DNA from: Candidatus Uhrbacteria bacterium RIFOXYC2_FULL_47_19
GTDB lineage: Bacteria > Patescibacteriota > Patescibacteriia > SG8-24
Assembly (NCBI GenBank): GCA_001791745.1
Contig: MGFG01000032.1
Location: 3,775-67,774 of the forward strand
DNA length: 64,000 bases
Reading direction: 5' to 3'
Shown here piece by piece: positions 59,623 through 64,000 of the stretch (position 1 is the stretch's first letter; every line of letters begins with the position of its first letter). The notes under the pieces are model-generated. The model ran no database searches. It had not been told where the DNA came from and saw only the letters and a list, made by a program, of their open reading frames with translations. A program made the translations under genes and the position numbers.

Positions 59623-59650
59623 ATTATACCAATCCGAATATATTGTGCAA
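59623..59650 (-). promoter_or_regulatory. Sigma70-like promoter for the zinc-ribbon ORF: -35 TTGCAC, a 16-nt spacer, and a perfect -10 TATAAT (minus-strand sense).
   Basis: The reverse complement of 59623-59628 is TATAAT, and the reverse complement of 59645-59650 is TTGCAC. Confidence 0.4.
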
Positions 59651-59808
59651 GACCCCTTTTAAGGTCAATTTTTACCCAAGAATTAGCGAATTTTTTCTAA
59701 CCAACCTAATCGTTTATCGTGAGCTAGCAGAGTTATCCACGACTTCTAGCCTTCTAAAATACCTTAGACCTTGTCCGCTCATAGCTACAACGCTACTCTA
59801 ATTTCCAT

Positions 59809-60180
59809 ATGGACATCCTCGTTTTTGGCAACACAGTATACGAACCAGACTCACTACCGCTTAAAGTTCTACCTGATTTACGTCGTCAACTACCTGGCAA
59901 TCGTTTTCTAACTCTTGATCCTAATGAAGAGTGGGACATAAGTGGTGATCTGATTGTCATTGACACAGTCATCAATCTGAGTGAACCAACAATCTTTAAG
60001 TCACTCAATGCTTTCCAGACGTCACCACGCTGCTCGACCCATGACTTTGACGCGCTAGCCCAGCTACGACTACTCGACAAACTAGGCCGAATCGGCCGAG
60101 TGACGGTAATCGGCCTGCCGCCGCAGATGAGTGAAGCTGCAGCTTCGGACTTCATTGCTACCGTATTGGCGGAATTATGA
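59809..60180 (+). CDS. [NiFe]-hydrogenase maturation endopeptidase (HycI/HoxW family).
   Basis: MDILVFGNTVYEPD...LIVIDTV...STHDFDALAQLRLL...RVTVIGLPP aligns with HycI. The conserved Glu/Asp/His nickel ligands are in place. Confidence 0.7.
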   Translation: MDILVFGNTVYEPDSLPLKVLPDLRRQLPGNRFLTLDPNEEWDISGDLIVIDTVINLSEPTIFKSLNAFQTSPRCSTHDFDALAQLRLLDKLGRIGRVTVIGLPPQMSEAAASDFIATVLAEL

Positions 60181-60191
60181 TATCGATTACA

Positions 60192-60228
60192 GAAAAACGC
60201 CCTATTTGGGAGCGTTTCTTTTTTTCTA
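60192..60228. terminator. Bidirectional terminator between the maturation protease gene and the hydrogenase operon 3' end.
   Basis: AAACGCCC-tattt-GGGAGCGTTT, followed by TCTTTTTTTC. Confidence 0.5.
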
Positions 60229-60233
60229 TATTT

Positions 60234-60437
60234 TCAAGAACACTCACTTAATTGACTCGCAAGGCAGGGCACTAGATTTTTCAACAACACAATGCGTTCG
60301 TCCGTATCGTTAATGAACGTCAACTTGTCATCAAGTAAGTAAAAGAACAGTCTAGCTGAGGTTAATAATGTAAAGATACCAATAATCAACCCGAGAACAA
60401 CGACCGGAATCAGGAGCAGGAGTCTTGCCTTACTCAT
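60234..60437 (-). CDS. Small single-TM protein (67 aa), translationally coupled (ATGA overlap) to the 3' end of the hydrogenase large-subunit gene.
   Basis: A 4-nt start/stop overlap with the large-subunit gene, and a hydrophobic helix LLLLIPVVVLGLIIGIFTLL. Confidence 0.35.
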   Translation of the reverse strand: MSKARLLLLIPVVVLGLIIGIFTLLTSARLFFYLLDDKLTFINDTDERIVLLKNLVPCLASQLSECS

Positions 60438-61729
60438 ACCAAATCCCAGTTAACTTTTAGGAAGTGCGTGGCGCAACTCATACAAGGGTCGTAGGCTCGG
60501 ATGAGTTTCTCGATCTCATGCTCAATGGTCGACCTATCCGTGTCAGGCAGCAGTCCATCGACCAATCCGGCGATGTCACGCTCGATGTTAATTTGATTTT
60601 GCCCAGTAGGAACGATGACCTCGCCACGTCGAACCAAACCATCTTCTCCGACTACAATCTTGTGATAGAGCGTCCCGCGTGGCGCCTCGACTACGCCAAT
60701 TCCCTCTCCTTCACAAATCTCCGGCTTGATAGGCGTCTCGATCACAAATTCACGCCCCTGCAATAGTTCGATCGCATGATCAATGCTATGCAAAAGTTCG
60801 ATCGCCTGTGCCAAGTTATTGCGGTAGATGTTGGTAGAAGGAAAAAGCTTAAGTGTCTTGCTAAGTGACTTCCTAGTCTGCGGGTGTAACGTCTCTTTAG
60901 CTAGATTTAATCGAGCCAGCGAACCAACCATAAATGGTCTCCCTTCGTGTGTATAGGCCGAAGCGGTCGAGTACGGTAACACTACGTGTTCCAGTAGATC
61001 CGGATAACGCTTCTCGTTATACCGTTCGCCCTGACTCGTAACCACCTCACCGTCTAGGAACCAATAATTTCCCTCCGGTACCAACGCCTGATAGTCCATG
61101 TCGCGATCGAAACTCCAGTCGCAACGTTCAAAGGTCGCGATGCAACGCAAAGCCGCCGGACGTGCTGCCTCCAATTTGCGCACTGCTTCCTCGATCTCCT
61201 CTTTGGATGGCAAATGATTGAATCCACCGAGAGTGGGAAAAGTCGCATGAACCGACCGACCGGCCACGATCTGAGCCAGGTAATTACCTGCTGCCTTAAT
61301 TTCAAAACAATCGTGCAAATGCTGATGCTGTTCTTCATCATTCTCATCGAAAGAGAGAAAATTGTCTTTGTTGTATAGATCCGGCATGACAAAAATGTAC
61401 AGATGTAGAGCGTGATCGCGAATGTTCAATCCGTACATGGTTAGATGGCGAAGATCCATGGTCTGAAGCGACGGCTGCAAGCCAATTGCATTCTCACAAG
61501 CTTCAATAGCACACATGATATGAGCATTCGAACAAGTACCACAGATTCTCGATAGTAACGGCGGAATAGCCACGAGTGGTTTACCCTCAACCGCTTTAGA
61601 AAAGAAACGTTTATACTCCTGAATCTGATAGTGAACATGCTCTACCTTACCATCGCGAATACGTAAGTCGAGTTTGGCGTGACCTTCAACCTTACTAATG
61701 GCGTCGAGCGAGATGTCTTGAGAATGCAT
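60434..61729 (-). CDS. [NiFe]-hydrogenase large subunit (group 3-type, cytoplasmic).
   Basis: N-terminal RICGTCSNAH (RxCGxCxxxH) and C-terminal DPCMSCATH (DPCxxCxxH), followed by a 9-aa extension (FLKVNWDLV) typical of the protease-cleaved tail. Confidence 0.85.
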   Translation of the reverse strand: MHSQDISLDAISKVEGHAKLDLRIRDGKVEHVHYQIQEYKRFFSKAVEGKPLVAIPPLLSRICGTCSNAHIMCAIEACENAIGLQPSLQTMDLRHLTMYGLNIRDHALHLYIFVMPDLYNKDNFLSFDENDEEQHQHLHDCFEIKAAGNYLAQIVAGRSVHATFPTLGGFNHLPSKEEIEEAVRKLEAARPAALRCIATFERCDWSFDRDMDYQALVPEGNYWFLDGEVVTSQGERYNEKRYPDLLEHVVLPYSTASAYTHEGRPFMVGSLARLNLAKETLHPQTRKSLSKTLKLFPSTNIYRNNLAQAIELLHSIDHAIELLQGREFVIETPIKPEICEGEGIGVVEAPRGTLYHKIVVGEDGLVRRGEVIVPTGQNQINIERDIAGLVDGLLPDTDRSTIEHEIEKLIRAYDPCMSCATHFLKVNWDLV

Positions 61730-61741
61730 AGGCTTCAGGTA

Positions 61742-62251
61742 TTACTTTTCTGAGGACCAACTGGCCTTAATCTGAGCCACAGCCGAGTCAACCGTATCGA
61801 GAAAACGCTGTGGATCCATTGGACAACCTGGTACTTCGGCGTCAACCTTAATCACATCACTCAACTTGAGTACCTGATCCAAGTGACCGAAGCGTTCGAC
61901 TAGAAACTCAACATCCTGCTTCTGTTCGTCACTAAACAAATTACGTTGAGCTGATGGCATGCCAGTTACAGCACAAGAACCGATTGCAACTACCAAAGTC
62001 GCTAACTTTCTAATTTCGCGAATCTTCTCAGCTTGTGGTTCACCAGCTACAGCTCCTTCAATGAAGGCGATGTCCATTTGATCAAGAACATTGTTGGTTT
62101 GTAGTACACGAGCATGCCGGAAATCAAATAACTCACGCCACTCCTGCCAACGCTCATTTAGGAGCTCCGTCATGACAATGGTGTTATCCTCGCAACAAGC
62201 GAAACTAAACCAGCCAATACGCACTTTCCTGGGCTTGTCTTGTTCATTCAT
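61742..62251 (-). CDS. [NiFe]-hydrogenase small subunit, short HoxY-like form with the proximal cluster only.
   Basis: Cys ligands at FACCED, IGSCAVTG and VPGCPM. Size 169 aa. Confidence 0.8.
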   Translation of the reverse strand: MNEQDKPRKVRIGWFSFACCEDNTIVMTELLNERWQEWRELFDFRHARVLQTNNVLDQMDIAFIEGAVAGEPQAEKIREIRKLATLVVAIGSCAVTGMPSAQRNLFSDEQKQDVEFLVERFGHLDQVLKLSDVIKVDAEVPGCPMDPQRFLDTVDSAVAQIKASWSSEK

Positions 62252-62260
62252 AAAAATCGT

Positions 62261-63505
62261 TTAGTCTTTCGGTAAAAGTGCCATCAAATCTGATTCCGGA
62301 TCTGATAATAACTCTAGTTGATTAGAGATATTAACAGCACTCTCAATAGCCGACTTAATCGGAGCTAAATCCTCGCCACGATTAATCAGGAAAGCGCCAG
62401 CAATTCGTTGATTATTTCGAACAACTAGACAACCGTACGAGTTAGACTCCACTCGGCCACGAGGAAAAAGTTGACTATCTTTGCATCTAACCTGGCCAAC
62501 AAAAACTAAACTCAAACCAAAGCCATGAGAAGTGTATGACGACACGATCCGATAAGGCAGACGCTTGCCAAGCATATTAAGTGCAGCAGTCCGCCCTTGC
62601 TCTTGAGCATCCAACCAAGTTCCGCAAATATACGGCTCACCAATAGCTGGATCGTTTAGCTCGGCAACATCACCCGCTGCCCAAATTCCATCTAGGTTAG
62701 TTTTTAAATACTCATTGGTTCTGATACCACGACCAACCGTAATTCCAGCTTGCTCCAGCCAACCACCATCAAACTGCACACCGATACCAATTACTAGCAA
62801 ATCACAATCGATACTGGTTCCATCCTTCAATTTAACACCTTCAACTTTATCCTGACCCAAAACCTCAGCAATTTCAGAATTTAGACGAACCGTAACTCCA
62901 CCACCAATTAATGCTCGCTCGATGATCTGGCCGGCATCTTGATCCAGAACTGGTTCCCAAAAGTAAGATTCACGCACTACTACGTCAACTCCCAAGCCAG
63001 CTAATCGTAATAAGTTACACATCTCAAAACTGACGAAACCAGCACCGATGACTACCGCCCTTTTGGCGTGCTTAATTTCCGTCATGACCGCCTGTGCATC
63101 ATTTACTGTCTTCATATAGCTGACGCCGGTCTTTTCTGCCAGTCCTGGCACATTTAATTGTCTAACCGGACAACCAGTGGCCAAAAGTAATTGACCAAAA
63201 CCAAGTTCAATACCATCATCAAGTGTCACCTTATTATCTTTAGTAGAAAGCTGTTCAGCACGATGCCCAGATAAAAAATCAATTCCCCGTTCAGCATAGT
63301 GTTCCGGCTGTCTCATCCAGATTGTCTCGAACGGTATTTTACCTAAAAAAAGATTTGGTTTAGATAATAAAATACGCGAATAGAGCGGATACGGCTCATC
63401 CGAAACAATAGCCACCCGTGCGGAAGGTTTCTCTTTCTTTAACGTTTCAGCGGCGGTCGTCCCTGCGATACCGCCGCCAATAATCAGATAATCGTACTTT
63501 TCCAT
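62261..63505 (-). CDS. FAD-dependent pyridine nucleotide-disulfide-oxidoreductase-family flavoprotein (ferredoxin/rubredoxin-NAD(P) reductase-like). No redox-active CxxxxC.
   Basis: Two Rossmann dinucleotide motifs (YLIIGGGIAGTTAA and AVVIGAGFVSFE) and the GD motif (AAGDVAE). Confidence 0.75.
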   Translation of the reverse strand: MEKYDYLIIGGGIAGTTAAETLKKEKPSARVAIVSDEPYPLYSRILLSKPNLFLGKIPFETIWMRQPEHYAERGIDFLSGHRAEQLSTKDNKVTLDDGIELGFGQLLLATGCPVRQLNVPGLAEKTGVSYMKTVNDAQAVMTEIKHAKRAVVIGAGFVSFEMCNLLRLAGLGVDVVVRESYFWEPVLDQDAGQIIERALIGGGVTVRLNSEIAEVLGQDKVEGVKLKDGTSIDCDLLVIGIGVQFDGGWLEQAGITVGRGIRTNEYLKTNLDGIWAAGDVAELNDPAIGEPYICGTWLDAQEQGRTAALNMLGKRLPYRIVSSYTSHGFGLSLVFVGQVRCKDSQLFPRGRVESNSYGCLVVRNNQRIAGAFLINRGEDLAPIKSAIESAVNISNQLELLSDPESDLMALLPKD

Positions 63506-63519
63506 CTGTCGAAATTTTA

Positions 63520-63801
63520 TTAGGCCGGAAAGATCTGGTTACCGGATTCATCATAAAGATAGATGGCTCGAACCGGACAGGATTGAGCTGCAGCTAAAAG
63601 CGTATCATCAGAAATATCTCCATCTTCGAGGTCGATTTTACCAGTTTGGTCCGAAACTCGTTCACCGCTCTTTCTCTTTAATACAGCCTTTTGCTCAGCA
63701 TCGAGTTCAAATACACTACCAGCTGCTGCTACACAAGGTGCAGCTCCAATGCAACTGTCACGATCAACTTTGATACTAGCGATCTTTTTCTCTTCTGACA
63801 T
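63520..63801 (-). CDS. Small monocluster ferredoxin, likely [3Fe-4S] (three Cys).
   Basis: CIGAAPC...SCPVRAI, the Pyrococcus-type Fd pattern with Ala in place of the Asp/Cys second ligand. Confidence 0.7.
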   Translation of the reverse strand: MSEEKKIASIKVDRDSCIGAAPCVAAAGSVFELDAEQKAVLKRKSGERVSDQTGKIDLEDGDISDDTLLAAAQSCPVRAIYLYDESGNQIFPA

Positions 63802-63835
63802 AAATGTAGGATTAATTTTAAATACCTAAAAAATT

Positions 63836-64000
63836 TTATTTATCCGATTTAACCTTAGCAGCCCGTTCCCTTAATAGCCGCTCAGTTTTCTTATTACAAA
63901 TCTCAATCGCTGCATCTGGACAAATCTGCTCACAAAGTTCACAGCCAATGCAGATGGCAGTATCGATTTTGATTGCTGGTTCACCTAGTAAGCCCAGTTC
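63836..64000 (-). CDS. C-terminal part of a 4Fe-4S ferredoxin-domain protein. The gene runs off the window edge.
   Basis: Manual translation of the minus strand gives ...ELGLLGEPAIKIDTAICIGCELCEQICPDAAIEICNKKTERLLRERAAKVKSDK*, which carries a CxxCxxCxxxCP motif. Confidence 0.6.
   Translation of the reverse strand, partial: ELGLLGEPAIKIDTAICIGCELCEQICPDAAIEICNKKTERLLRERAAKVKSDK

Overview
This 64 kb window looks like a small, streamlined bacterial genome, plausibly Candidate Phyla Radiation / Patescibacteria-like (about 45-50 % GC, many short intergenic gaps, reduced gene set). The phylum call is an inference from gene content and style, not a measurement. Nearly every gene between about 15.3 kb and 54.3 kb lies on the minus strand in tight operons.

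Recognisable content from the six-frame translations and the nucleotide sequence:
- Two GT2 glycosyltransferases at the left edge, the second fused to a large Wzy_C / O-antigen-ligase-like membrane domain.
- fmt, def, and a priA whose Walker A and DExH motifs are degenerate.
- lexA with its own sigma70-like promoter, convergent with clpB.
- A 340-bp highly structured spacer between lexA and clpB.
- A near-perfect CIRCE (HrcA operator) upstream of clpB.
- WecB/TagA-family transferase, gltX, and an M23 peptidase.
- A 560-bp AT-rich non-coding island.
- A DsbA-like oxidoreductase.
- A division / wall block ftsQ - ddl - alr, in which ddl is an in-frame internally deleted 92-aa remnant.
- serS, lysS, greA, and mrdA (PBP2) - mreDCB.
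- A UvrD-like helicase fused to a Cas4/AddB-type Fe-S PD-(D/E)XK nuclease, followed by a DciA (DUF721)-like protein and a small Vsr/DUF559-like nuclease-fold protein.
- A complete F1Fo ATP synthase operon (atpI-like, B, E, F, H, A, G, D, C).
- Two tandem TatD paralogs, cvpA, metG, rsmI, thiI, and an NrdH/glutaredoxin-like protein.
- A SUF Fe-S assembly operon (rrf2 - sufB - sufD - sufS - sufU - sufC).
- A standalone Cas4-like nuclease with no CRISPR array, a VIT-family transporter, a secreted repeat protein, an SLT transglycosylase, rluB-like and pepF.
- An un-called 45-aa zinc-ribbon protein with a poly-acidic tail.
- At the right edge, a compact group-3-type [NiFe]-hydrogenase module: maturation protease, small TM protein, large and small subunits, a pyridine-nucleotide-disulfide-family flavoprotein, a [3Fe-4S]-type ferredoxin and a partial 2x[4Fe-4S] protein.

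No rRNA, tRNA, CRISPR array or obvious mobile element was found. All functional calls are motif- and family-level recognition from the translations and the nucleotide sequence. No database search was run.
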